Shown here in pieces: positions 1 through 7,315 of a DNA stretch of 14,236 bases. Within the stretch, counting starts at the first letter, position 1. The number at the start of each line of letters is the position of its first letter. Origin of the DNA: a bacterium (GTDB taxonomy: Bacteria; Zhuqueibacterota; Zhuqueibacteria; Oceanimicrobiales; Oceanimicrobiaceae); NCBI GenBank assembly GCA_046757525.1, contig JBHHYI010000106.1, positions 1 to 14,236 of the forward strand, in the 5' to 3' direction. A program made the translations under genes and the position numbers. Below the pieces are notes generated by a model. It was given only the letters and a program-made list of their open reading frames with translations, made no database searches and had not been told where the DNA came from.

Positions 1-1
1 T

Positions 2-718
2 TCGAGGAATGTGGCGCTGTCCTGGTCGGACTATGACCAGGATGGCGATATGGACTTGTTCTTGAGTCATTTTCATAATGATCTTCAATCTGGTGAAATT
101 GTTTCAAATTTCTTATTTCGTAATGAAACCGTAAACAACTGGTTAGAAGTTGATCTCGAACCTCGCAATTCAACCAATGCCGTTGGCGTAAGAGTCTTGG
201 CGTATACTCAGGACAAAACGTTAAAAAGAGAAACCACCTATGGTTCAATCCAGGCTCCACAAAATGCAAATCGCCTTTTAATTGGTCTGTCACTAAAAAG
301 TTCACTGGATTCTCTGGTCGTTGTTTGGCCCAGCGGGCAACAGGATAAAGCGACCTCGATTGGAGCAAATAGGATTGTGGTTGCAAAGGAAGGTGAGGGC
401 ATTGTTACTGCTGTTGAAGAACCCGCGGAGGGTCCAAAGAATTTTCAGCTACACCAGAACTACCCCAACCCCTTCAACCCGGAAACCACCATCGAGTACG
501 AACTGGCACAGCCGGGGCCTGTGCGGCTCAGCATTTACAATCTGCTCGGGCAGCGGTTACGGACGCTGGTGGATGAATGGCAGCCAGCGGGGAGCTATCG
601 AGTGCGCTGGAGTGGTAGCGTAGAGGGAGGAGCGAGAAGCGTGGCCAGCGGCGTGTATGTGGTGGAGTTGAAGGTGGGGGAAAAAGTTCAGCGAAGGAAA
701 ATGCTGGTTATTCGATAA
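2..718 (+). CDS. 5'-partial secreted protein: FG-GAP repeat + ASPIC/UnbV domain (CRTAC1-like) + FlgD-Ig/T9SS-type C-terminal sorting domain
   Basis: The frame is open from base 2, so the gene starts upstream of the window. It has the FG-GAP motif WSDYDQDGDMDLF, an ASPIC/UnbV-like stretch NNWLEVDL...NAVGVRV...LDSLVVVWPSG, and a CTD LHQNYPNPFNPETTIEY...IYNLLGQ...SGVY...KMLVIR ending in TAA at 716-718. Confidence 0.85.
   Translation, partial: SRNVALSWSDYDQDGDMDLFLSHFHNDLQSGEIVSNFLFRNETVNNWLEVDLEPRNSTNAVGVRVLAYTQDKTLKRETTYGSIQAPQNANRLLIGLSLKSSLDSLVVVWPSGQQDKATSIGANRIVVAKEGEGIVTAVEEPAEGPKNFQLHQNYPNPFNPETTIEYELAQPGPVRLSIYNLLGQRLRTLVDEWQPAGSYRVRWSGSVEGGARSVASGVYVVELKVGEKVQRRKMLVIR
455..718 (+). repeat. 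Copy 1 of diverged direct repeat encoding the C-terminal sorting domain (pairs with 2653-2919)
   Basis: The first 23 nt (cagaactaccccaaccccttcaa) are identical in both copies. Manual alignment of 455-610 vs 2653-2808 gives 24 mismatches in 156 nt (about 85% identity). Confidence 0.9.
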
Positions 719-763
719 GGATAAAACGAAGTTTCGATTGCTGGCTCACGAAACCACTGTCTT

Positions 764-1975
764 TTACCAACTTTTGACAAATTTGGCTGTAGAAACCACC
801 GTGGTCTGCATGTCCGGATAATGCTTTTTTATGGACTTGAAGCTTTTCGGGGGCGTGGGCTTGCCCCATTTGACTTCAATTGCTTCGCGGCGACCACCGC
901 GAGTGACAATGAAATCGATTTCCGTCTGATTGGTGGTACGCCAGAAGTTGATCTTTTGCAGTCCCAAAATATCCTGGTGGATCAACTCCAGCAAATAAAA
1001 ATTCTCGAACAGTTTGCCGACGTCGGTTCTTGAATCGAGAGGGCTACTAAAATTATTCAAAGCAAAATTGCGTAGCCCCAGGTCCATGAAATACACTTTG
1101 GGCGTTTTAGTAATCTCTTTTTTGTAATTTTCAAAAAACGGATAGATCCTGCGGATTATGAACGTGTTTTCGAGGATTGTTAAATAATGCTCGATCTGAC
1201 CACGGCCGGCGCGAGCCGTCTTGCAAAGGTTCTCTATGTTGAGTAAAGAGCCAATTTGGTTCGCCAGCAAGCCCAGCAGCCGGTTAAAGGCCTGGATGTT
1301 GTCGACCTTAAGAAAATCTACCAGGTCTTTTTCCACATAGCTCTGATAAATGTCTTTGACGGTAAGCTGTTTTTCCATGCGCTGGGTCACAGCCGCAACT
1401 GCGGGATACGACCCATAGATGAGCATCTCCTCCAGGGCCTGTCGCCTGGTTGTTGGGTGGGCAAACTCGAGATATTCCTCGAATGACAGGCGTTGAATCT
1501 CGAATTGGCGAGCTCGACCGACGAGATTTTCCTTCAGCTTGGATTTGACTTCGAGCTGCGAGGAACCGGAACAAATGATCTTGAGATCGAGATGCAGATC
1601 ATAAAGCTCTTTCAGGAACAGGCCGGGATTAGAGAGCCGCTGAACCTCATCGATGAACAGGTATTTCCTGCTTCGGCCACCGCCGACAAAATGAATGAAG
1701 TCCGGGATGCTTTCGAATAGTTCATGGAGCTTCAGGTCGTCCAGGTTAAAATAGAAAATATCATTTGGATTAACATGCTGCTCACATATCAGGGATTCAA
1801 TGATTAAATAGATGAGGGAGCTTTTGCCAACCTGGCGACTGCCCACCAAAACGAGAATCTTGTCGCTTGTTAGATTCTCCAGGAGTGTCGGCAAAACCGC
1901 TCTCGGTCTGAGATGAAATGAAAACGAAGAGTCCGTGCGCCACGGATTTTGTAGAGTAAATATTTCAGAAAGCAT
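764..1975 (-). CDS. AAA+ ATPase, COG1373 type (AAA_14 + DUF4143) with C-terminal PD-(D/E)xK-like motif
   Basis: 403 aa. N-terminal QNPW, Walker A GSRQVGKS, Walker B LFIDEVQ, SGSS, LVGR, YGSYP, PKVYFMDLGLRN, GKLFEN, and FWRT...EIDFIV...AIEVKW. Confidence 0.9.
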   Translation of the reverse strand: MLSEIFTLQNPWRTDSSFSFHLRPRAVLPTLLENLTSDKILVLVGSRQVGKSSLIYLIIESLICEQHVNPNDIFYFNLDDLKLHELFESIPDFIHFVGGGRSRKYLFIDEVQRLSNPGLFLKELYDLHLDLKIICSGSSQLEVKSKLKENLVGRARQFEIQRLSFEEYLEFAHPTTRRQALEEMLIYGSYPAVAAVTQRMEKQLTVKDIYQSYVEKDLVDFLKVDNIQAFNRLLGLLANQIGSLLNIENLCKTARAGRGQIEHYLTILENTFIIRRIYPFFENYKKEITKTPKVYFMDLGLRNFALNNFSSPLDSRTDVGKLFENFYLLELIHQDILGLQKINFWRTTNQTEIDFIVTRGGRREAIEVKWGKPTPPKSFKSIKKHYPDMQTTVVSTAKFVKSW

Positions 1976-1995
1976 AAAATAAACTAGTTTATTTT
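1976..1995. promoter_or_regulatory. Perfect 20-bp palindrome abutting the ATPase start codon (putative operator)
   Basis: aaaataaact|agtttatttt is an exact inverted repeat lying between the predicted -10 box and the ATG (cat at 1973-1975). Confidence 0.65.
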
Positions 1996-2002
1996 GTAAT
2001 TC

Positions 2003-2031
2003 AATATAATATAATCTAAATTAGTTGTCAA
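2003..2031 (-). promoter_or_regulatory. Sigma70-type promoter for the AAA+ ATPase
   Basis: On the minus strand: TTGACA (2031-2026), 17 nt, TATATT (2008-2003). Confidence 0.75.
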
Positions 2032-2156
2032 CCAAAATCTGTCGACAAATACGCAATGCAGAAAGGAGATGCTCTTGTGTAAAATGATATTTTCGAAGAC
2101 GTGCGTGCGTGGTTGAATTGGGAGTCGGGGAAAAGACCGTGCGGCGAAAAATAATT

Positions 2157-2184
2157 TTGATTCATTGAGTTTTTTGACTATATT
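2157..2184 (+). promoter_or_regulatory. Possible sigma70-type promoter upstream of ORF 2215
   Basis: TTGATT (2157-2162), 16 nt, TATATT (2179-2184). The context is AT-rich, so a chance match is possible. Confidence 0.35.
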
Positions 2185-2214
2185 TTCAATTGTAAACCTA
2201 ATCCACGATACAAA

Positions 2215-2919
2215 ATGACAGCCCAAACATTACTGCGTTTGCCGCGTGTTATTGTACTCCTGGGGTATCCTCAAGCTGAAAACCCCGTAGAGGTGGAATT
2301 CTCTGGACAACTTGTGCTCCTGGGTGGCAACCCGGGTACCTCACCGCCGCGGTTGTTCGACCGCGATCAAGATGGCGATCTGGATGTAGCCTCTGGCTCA
2401 TATGGAGATAGTTTAATAAGCCTGATCAATGTTAACGACACCTTTGAACCCCAATGGAAGTTTGATGATCAGGTTTTTGCCGGGTTAAAAGTGGCCCAAG
2501 ACGCAACCCCTGCCTTTTGGGATGTAAACAACGATGGTCTCGTGGATTTGATCGTGGCGGGAACGGGTGGCTGGTTAGATTTCTATCACAACGATTCGGC
2601 GGTCGGTATTGATACTGAACTCAAAAGCGTAGCCAAAACCATATACTTAAAACAGAACTACCCCAACCCCTTCAATCCCGAAACCAGCATCGAGTACGAA
2701 CTGGCGGAGTCCGGCCGCGTTCGGCTCACTATTTACAATCTCCTCGGCCAGCAGGTGCGAACGCTGGTTGATGAATGGCAGCGGGCAGGGAGGTATCGAG
2801 TGCGCTGGGATGGTCGCGGAGCGGGCGGCAGGACGCAGCTGGCCAGCGGCGTTTACGTTTATGAGCTTCGGGTTGGGGAGGCGGCCGTCCAACGCAAGAA
2901 GATGGTTTTGCTGCAATGA
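2215..2919 (+). pseudogene. Probably 5'-truncated FG-GAP repeat protein with FlgD-Ig/T9SS-type C-terminal sorting domain (open frame, 234 aa)
   Basis: Only two FG-GAP motifs (PRLFDRDQDGDLDV, PAFWDVNNDGLVDL) precede the CTD. There is no convincing signal peptide and no Shine-Dalgarno. The first ~42 codons overlap hairpin/REP-like sequence (2281-2336), and recognisable homology starts near 2340. Confidence 0.6.
2653..2919 (+). repeat. Copy 2 of diverged direct repeat encoding the C-terminal sorting domain (pairs with 455-718)
   Basis: See copy 1. Similarity begins abruptly at the Gln codon of QNYPNPFNP. Confidence 0.9.
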
Positions 2920-2962
2920 GGGCAATGGCTTCGTGTGCGAGGTCGGTACTTTCCACCAGAAA

Positions 2963-2995
2963 AACCTTCCGAAGGTTCAAAACCTTCGGAAGGTT
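2963..2995. repeat. REP-like nested palindrome
   Basis: aaccttccgaaggtt-caa-aaccttcggaaggtt is a perfect 15-bp inverted repeat. Each arm is itself a 7+1+7 palindrome. Confidence 0.85.
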
Positions 2996-3024
2996 GGCGG
3001 AGATTTTTTCTGAAAGTTTGTTCT

Positions 3025-3051
3025 AAGCGGAGCCTGCGGAAGGGTCCGCTT
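3025..3051. other. Stem-loop downstream of the CTD gene
   Basis: aagcgga-gcctgcggaaggg-tccgctt forms a 7-bp perfect outer stem. There is no clear U-tract. Confidence 0.45.
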
Positions 3052-3137
3052 CTGAAAATCAGCGGATTTTGTGCAAAACAAAGGGTGTGGCCCTGAGGGT
3101 ACCGGCCGCTTGTTGTGCGACGCATTGAGGCCCGTCA

Positions 3138-3207
3138 CCCCTTCGTCTGGCTCAGGACGATGCCCTCGATACGGTCACTTGAACAGCGGTGACCTACTCG
3201 GGATGAC
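3138..3207. repeat. Composite REP-like element (CCCTTCG..GCTCAGG / CCCTCGATAC..CTACTCGGGATGAC type)
   Basis: The minus strand reads gtcatcccgagtag-gtcac...gtgac-cgtatcgaggg then gtcctgagccagacgaaggg. An internal hairpin ggtcac-N10-gtgacc lies at 3173-3194. Family resemblance is from recall only. Confidence 0.55.
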
Positions 3208-3344
3208 TGCCACAGGGCCTGTTAGCGAACAGATCAATAGAATGTTCCGCAACAAATTCTTAGAAACTCCGCAGAAGCTGGCCATTTTCAAACAAAGGTT
3301 GTCCGGAGTTGGTTGAAAAATTGCTACTTTTGAAATCGGTTAAG

Positions 3345-3375
3345 AACGGTAACCTTCTTGGAGAAGGTCACCGTT
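3345..3375. other. Long hairpin just upstream of the M28 promoter (terminator or operator)
   Basis: aacggt-a-accttct-tgg-agaaggt-c-accgtt: 13 of 14 stem positions pair. Confidence 0.6.
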
Positions 3376-3384
3376 TCATAAGGC

Positions 3385-3413
3385 TTGACTTTTAGGAAAC
3401 AATTGTGTAACGT
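3385..3413 (+). promoter_or_regulatory. Putative sigma70-type promoter of the M28/amidohydrolase genes
   Basis: TTGACT (3385-3390), 17 nt, TAACGT (3408-3413), ending 55 nt before the ATG at 3469. Confidence 0.5.
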
Positions 3414-3468
3414 TTTCTTTGTAGGTTAATGGACGAGAAACTGTACTGCAATTGTGGGAGGTGAAAAT

Positions 3469-5148
3469 ATGGTTCGCAAAACGTTTGGCTACTATTTTAT
3501 TGCTTCTTTGTTGCTGTTTTTGGCAGCCTGTGGCATCAGGGACAAAAGCGTAAAAACAGCGTTACAAAGCATCACCGCTGAAGATTTAAAAGAGGACATC
3601 GCCATCCTTGCGTCGGACGACTTTGAGGGGCGGGCGCCTTCTTCCAGAGGCGAGGAGAAGACCATCAACTACCTCAAGGAAGAATTTCAAAAGCTTGGCC
3701 TCAAACCGGGCAACGGTGACAGCTATTTCCAGGAAGTCCCGCTGGTTTCCATTACCGCAAATTCGGACGCCAAGCTCAGGATCAAGGGGCACGGCCAGTA
3801 CAAGACTTTTTCTTACGGCGATCAATTCATGGCCTGGACCAAGCGCGTGGTCGGCCAGGTTGCGCTCAAGAATTCCGAGATGGTTTTCGTCGGTTATGGC
3901 ATTGTTGCACCGGAAGCGAACTGGAACGATTATGCCGGGCTCGACGTCAGCGGCAAAACCGTGGTCCTGTTGGTCAACGACCCCGGCTATGCCACGCAAG
4001 ACGATCAGCTTTTCAACGGTAACGCCATGACCTATTACGGACGCTGGACCTACAAGTACGAGGAAGCGGCCCGACAGGGTGCTGCTGGCGCCATCATCAT
4101 TCATGAGACCAAGCCCGCTGGCTATCCCTGGGAGGTGGTAAGCGGAAGCTGGTCTGGTCCCCAATTCGATCTGGTCAGCGACGACAACAACATGTCCCGT
4201 TGTGCCATCGAGGGGTGGGTTACCATTGAAACCGGTCGGAAGATCTTGCAACAGGCAGGTCTCGAGCTGGAGGCGTTGAAATCGCAAGCCATTAAACGCG
4301 GGTTTAAGGCGGTACCCCTGGGGCTAAAAGCGTCGCTAACCTTCAACAACAACATTCAACACTCCCGTTCTCACAACGTCATCGCGGTGTACCCCGGCAG
4401 CAAACGCGCCGATGAATATATATTCTACATGGCGCACTGGGATCATTTCGGCATCAACCCCAATTTGAGCGGAGACAAAATTTTTAATGGAGCTCTTGAC
4501 AATGCTTCCGGCACGGCTGGTCTTTTGGAATTGGCCGAGGCCTTCACTAAGTTGCAAAAGCGGCCCCTGCGCTCCATTGCCTTTCTCGCAGTTACCGCCG
4601 AGGAGCAAGGTTTGCTGGGTTCCAGGTATTACGCCACCCATCCGATCTACCCGCCGGAAAAGACGGTGGCTGCCATCAATATGGACGGGCTGAACATTTA
4701 CGGCAAAACCAGAGACATCACCATCGTGGGCTACGGCAACTCAGAATTGGACGACTACGTTAAGGCCGCTGCCGAGGAGCAGGAGCGTGTGGTCATTCCC
4801 GACCCACAACCGGAAAAGGGGTATTTTTACCGGTCCGACCATTTCAGTTTTGCCAAGGAAGGCATTCCTGCGCTGTACACGGACCCGGGCATGGATAACA
4901 TCGAGCACGGTAAGGAATGGACCAAAGATCAAATGGACCAGTACACAGCGGAGCGGTACCACAAGCCCGGCGACGAATTCGATCCCAATTGGGACCTTTC
5001 AGGCGCTGTGCAGGATTTGCGACTGCTGTTCAGGGTAGGCTACCGGTTGAGCAAGCAGACGACCTTTCCAAACTGGCGCGAAGGCACTGAATTCAGGGCT
5101 AAAAGAGATGCGGCCATGCAAGCAAGCAATGTGCAGAGCTCCGAGTGA
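3469..5148 (+). CDS. M28 family metallopeptidase with PA domain, predicted lipoprotein
   Basis: Start moved to ATG 3469, which follows SD GGAGGTG (3457-3463). Lipobox LAAC; LASDDFEGR; PA-domain VFVGYGIVAPE...WNDY...YYGRWTYKYEEA; metal/catalytic motifs AHWDH, NGALDNASG, AEEQGLLGS, INMD, RSDH, YHKPGD. Confidence 0.93.
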   Translation: MVRKTFGYYFIASLLLFLAACGIRDKSVKTALQSITAEDLKEDIAILASDDFEGRAPSSRGEEKTINYLKEEFQKLGLKPGNGDSYFQEVPLVSITANSDAKLRIKGHGQYKTFSYGDQFMAWTKRVVGQVALKNSEMVFVGYGIVAPEANWNDYAGLDVSGKTVVLLVNDPGYATQDDQLFNGNAMTYYGRWTYKYEEAARQGAAGAIIIHETKPAGYPWEVVSGSWSGPQFDLVSDDNNMSRCAIEGWVTIETGRKILQQAGLELEALKSQAIKRGFKAVPLGLKASLTFNNNIQHSRSHNVIAVYPGSKRADEYIFYMAHWDHFGINPNLSGDKIFNGALDNASGTAGLLELAEAFTKLQKRPLRSIAFLAVTAEEQGLLGSRYYATHPIYPPEKTVAAINMDGLNIYGKTRDITIVGYGNSELDDYVKAAAEEQERVVIPDPQPEKGYFYRSDHFSFAKEGIPALYTDPGMDNIEHGKEWTKDQMDQYTAERYHKPGDEFDPNWDLSGAVQDLRLLFRVGYRLSKQTTFPNWREGTEFRAKRDAAMQASNVQSSE

Positions 5149-5176
5149 GCAAAGAAGGTCGAGTCGGATTTGGCGT

Positions 5177-5195
5177 GCGCAAGCCACGCTTGCGC
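5177..5195. repeat. REP-like palindrome between M28 and amidohydrolase genes
   Basis: gcgcaagc-cac-gcttgcgc is a perfect 8-bp stem, flanked by gagtc (5161-5165) and gactc (5199-5203). Confidence 0.6.
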
Positions 5196-5283
5196 CTTGA
5201 CTCCAGGGCGGCGGTTCGTTGGTCAAAACAAATCTGGTAGGAGAAACTTTTGACACTACCCAGCAAATCGGGAGGAGACAATC

Positions 5284-7002
5284 ATGGTGAAGTCCTTATT
5301 TCTTTTTAGCCTTCTTATGGTGATTGGTGCAACAATGATTCTCGCCACGGGGTGCTCAAAGCCTAAAGCGGATTTGGTGTTCAAGAATGGTATCATCTAC
5401 ACTGTAGATGAAAAATCATCAAAGGTTGAAGCGGTGGCCACCGCCGGGGAGCGAATCATCGGCGTCGGCACCAATGCTGAGGTGGAGCGTTTCATCGGTT
5501 CAAACACGCGGGTCATCGATTTGAATGGCCGAACCATGGTGCCGGGGTTTATCGATGCGCACTACCACTTTATGGGCGTCGGCAGTCGCGAGCTCAATCT
5601 CAATCTGGACGGCACCAGGTCGTTGCAAGAGCTTCTGGACCAGGTGGCAGCGGAGGTCAAGAAAACCCCGAAAGGACAGTGGGTAACGGGCCGGGGCTGG
5701 ATTGAGGAGGACTGGCCGTCCAAGAAGTTTCCCACGCGTTATGACCTGGACAAAGTGGCGCCGGACAATCCGGTCATTCTGGGGCGTGCAGATGGACATG
5801 CTGTGGTGGTCAATTCCAAAGCGCTGCAGTTAGCAGGCATAAATAAGCAAACCCCGGATCCTCAAGGGGGGCGGATCATTCGGAACGCGAAAAGCAGGGA
5901 GGCGACCGGCATTTTGTTGGACAATGCGGTGGCTTTGGTGAGAAAACAGGTGCCGCCGGACACCTCGTCTTCCAGAATGAAGGAGTATGCCAAGAAAGCC
6001 AACGAGAGAGCCATTTCATACGGAGTCACACAAATTCACGATATGGGCACTTCGTGGCAGACCGTGGACTTGTGGAAAGAACTGTACCAAAATGGAGAAA
6101 TGCAGGTTCGCATCTATGCTTACATTCGCGGCCCTGGCCGGGATGCGGAGCGCTTGCTGGAGGAAGGGCCACAAGTTGGGCTGTTTCACCACCATCTTAC
6201 GGTGCGCGGCATCAAGATCACTCAGGATGGCGCCTTAGGGTCTCGGGGTGCTGCTTTGCTCCGGCCGTACAACGATGCCAACACCAGCGGTTTCTTGATT
6301 CACAAAGACGAAGAGATCTACCCGACCATAAAAAAGGCAACAGAACGGGGAATCCAGATGGCTATTCATGCCATCGGTGACAAGGCAAATCGCGATGTTT
6401 TGGACCTGTTCGAACGGGCGTTCCAAGAGGTGCCTCAGGCTAAGCGCGGTATTAAGGAGCCCCGTTTTCGCATTGAACACGCTCAAACGGTTGCACTGGA
6501 GGACATGCCACGCTTTGCGCAATTGGGCGTCATTCCCAGCATGCAGCCCAGCCACGCCATCGGCGACCTGCATTTTGCGGTCCGCCGGCTTGGCCTGGAC
6601 CGCATGACCGAAGCCTATGCCTGGCGCACCTTCATCGACGAAGGCTGCTTCATCCCTGGTGGCAGCGATGCCCCCGTGGAAGAGGGCAACCCGATGATCG
6701 AATTCTACGCCGCTTGTGTTCGCAAGGATACCACGGGCTTTACGGCCGAGGGCTGGCACCCGGAACTGCGCATGAGCCGTGAGGAAGCGCTGAAGTCGTT
6801 GACCCTCTGGGCGTCCAGGGCCGCTTTTGCGGAGGACCTCAAAGGCTCCATCGAAACGGGTAAACTCGCCGATCTGGTTGTTTTGGATCGCGACCTGATG
6901 ACCGCACCGGAAGACCGACTGTTTGACATCAAAGTGGAAATGACCGTCATCGGTGGCGAGATCATTTATGAGCGGGGTGGCCAGTTGACTGCGAAGGAAT
7001 AG
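5284..7002 (+). CDS. YtcJ-like metal-dependent amidohydrolase (Amidohydro_3), predicted lipoprotein
   Basis: 572 aa, with SD GGAGGAG upstream. Hydrophobic N-terminus ending LATGC; motifs PGFIDAHYH, DGH, KITQDGALGSRGA, HAIGD, RIEHAQ, SMQP, GSDAPV, GSIETGKLADLVVL. Confidence 0.93.
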   Translation: MVKSLFLFSLLMVIGATMILATGCSKPKADLVFKNGIIYTVDEKSSKVEAVATAGERIIGVGTNAEVERFIGSNTRVIDLNGRTMVPGFIDAHYHFMGVGSRELNLNLDGTRSLQELLDQVAAEVKKTPKGQWVTGRGWIEEDWPSKKFPTRYDLDKVAPDNPVILGRADGHAVVVNSKALQLAGINKQTPDPQGGRIIRNAKSREATGILLDNAVALVRKQVPPDTSSSRMKEYAKKANERAISYGVTQIHDMGTSWQTVDLWKELYQNGEMQVRIYAYIRGPGRDAERLLEEGPQVGLFHHHLTVRGIKITQDGALGSRGAALLRPYNDANTSGFLIHKDEEIYPTIKKATERGIQMAIHAIGDKANRDVLDLFERAFQEVPQAKRGIKEPRFRIEHAQTVALEDMPRFAQLGVIPSMQPSHAIGDLHFAVRRLGLDRMTEAYAWRTFIDEGCFIPGGSDAPVEEGNPMIEFYAACVRKDTTGFTAEGWHPELRMSREEALKSLTLWASRAAFAEDLKGSIETGKLADLVVLDRDLMTAPEDRLFDIKVEMTVIGGEIIYERGGQLTAKE

Positions 7003-7131
7003 GTTCCTTCAATCAACAGTCTCAGCCTTACAGGATTAGAAGGCAGATGACGCGTATATTACGGCGCGGCGGAGACCGCAACCAAATTCGACAAAGGTGA
7101 TGATAAAACTATCATGTAAATAAGTCCTTAC

Positions 7132-7223
7132 CTGTCATTCTGGAAGAATCTTTTTAATTCCAAGAAATGAGTGTCGAATCAGCGTCTTTGCTGAAAATCA
7201 AGAAGATTCCTACTGAATGACAG
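7132..7223. repeat. REP/MITE-like element with 24-bp imperfect terminal inverted repeats (TGTCATTC...GAATGACA type)
   Basis: Left arm ctgtcattctggaagaatcttttt (7132-7155) vs reverse complement of the right arm (7200-7223) ctgtcattcagtaggaatcttctt: 20/24 match. Confidence 0.7.
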
Positions 7224-7315
7224 TTGCAGTAGACTCTTTTTGATCGCGGGTAAGGTGAGAAATGTTAGTCTTTATCAAATAGAGTAAAGAAATTGACAAG
7301 ACAAAATAAAGGTCG

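Noticed and set aside
731..754. gtttcg-N12-cgaaac hairpin between the convergent genes as a terminator
   Set aside because: Only a 6-bp stem with a large loop and no adjacent U-tract, too weak to call.
455..2808. Diversity-generating retroelement (TR/VR pair) suggested by the two similar CTD segments
   Set aside because: Mismatches are not adenine-specific, many are synonymous third-position changes, and no reverse transcriptase is present in the window.
3214..3230. agggcctgttagc resembling an insertion-sequence end
   Set aside because: No matching partner inverted repeat, target duplication or transposase remnant was found in the window.
1984..3316. Small ORFs 1984-2226 (-), 2768-3013 (+), 2859-3125 (-), 3071-3316 (+)
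   Set aside because: They run through promoter or palindromic repeat sequence and have no protein-like motifs.
2963..3375. CRISPR array or integron attC array
   Set aside because: No repeated unit with regular spacers, no consistent RYYYAAC/GTTRRRY boxes identified, and no cas or integrase gene.
7293..7298. Perfect TTGACA just upstream of ispG
   Set aside because: A -10 box 17 nt downstream would fall on the start codon (ATGAAA) and does not fit the consensus.
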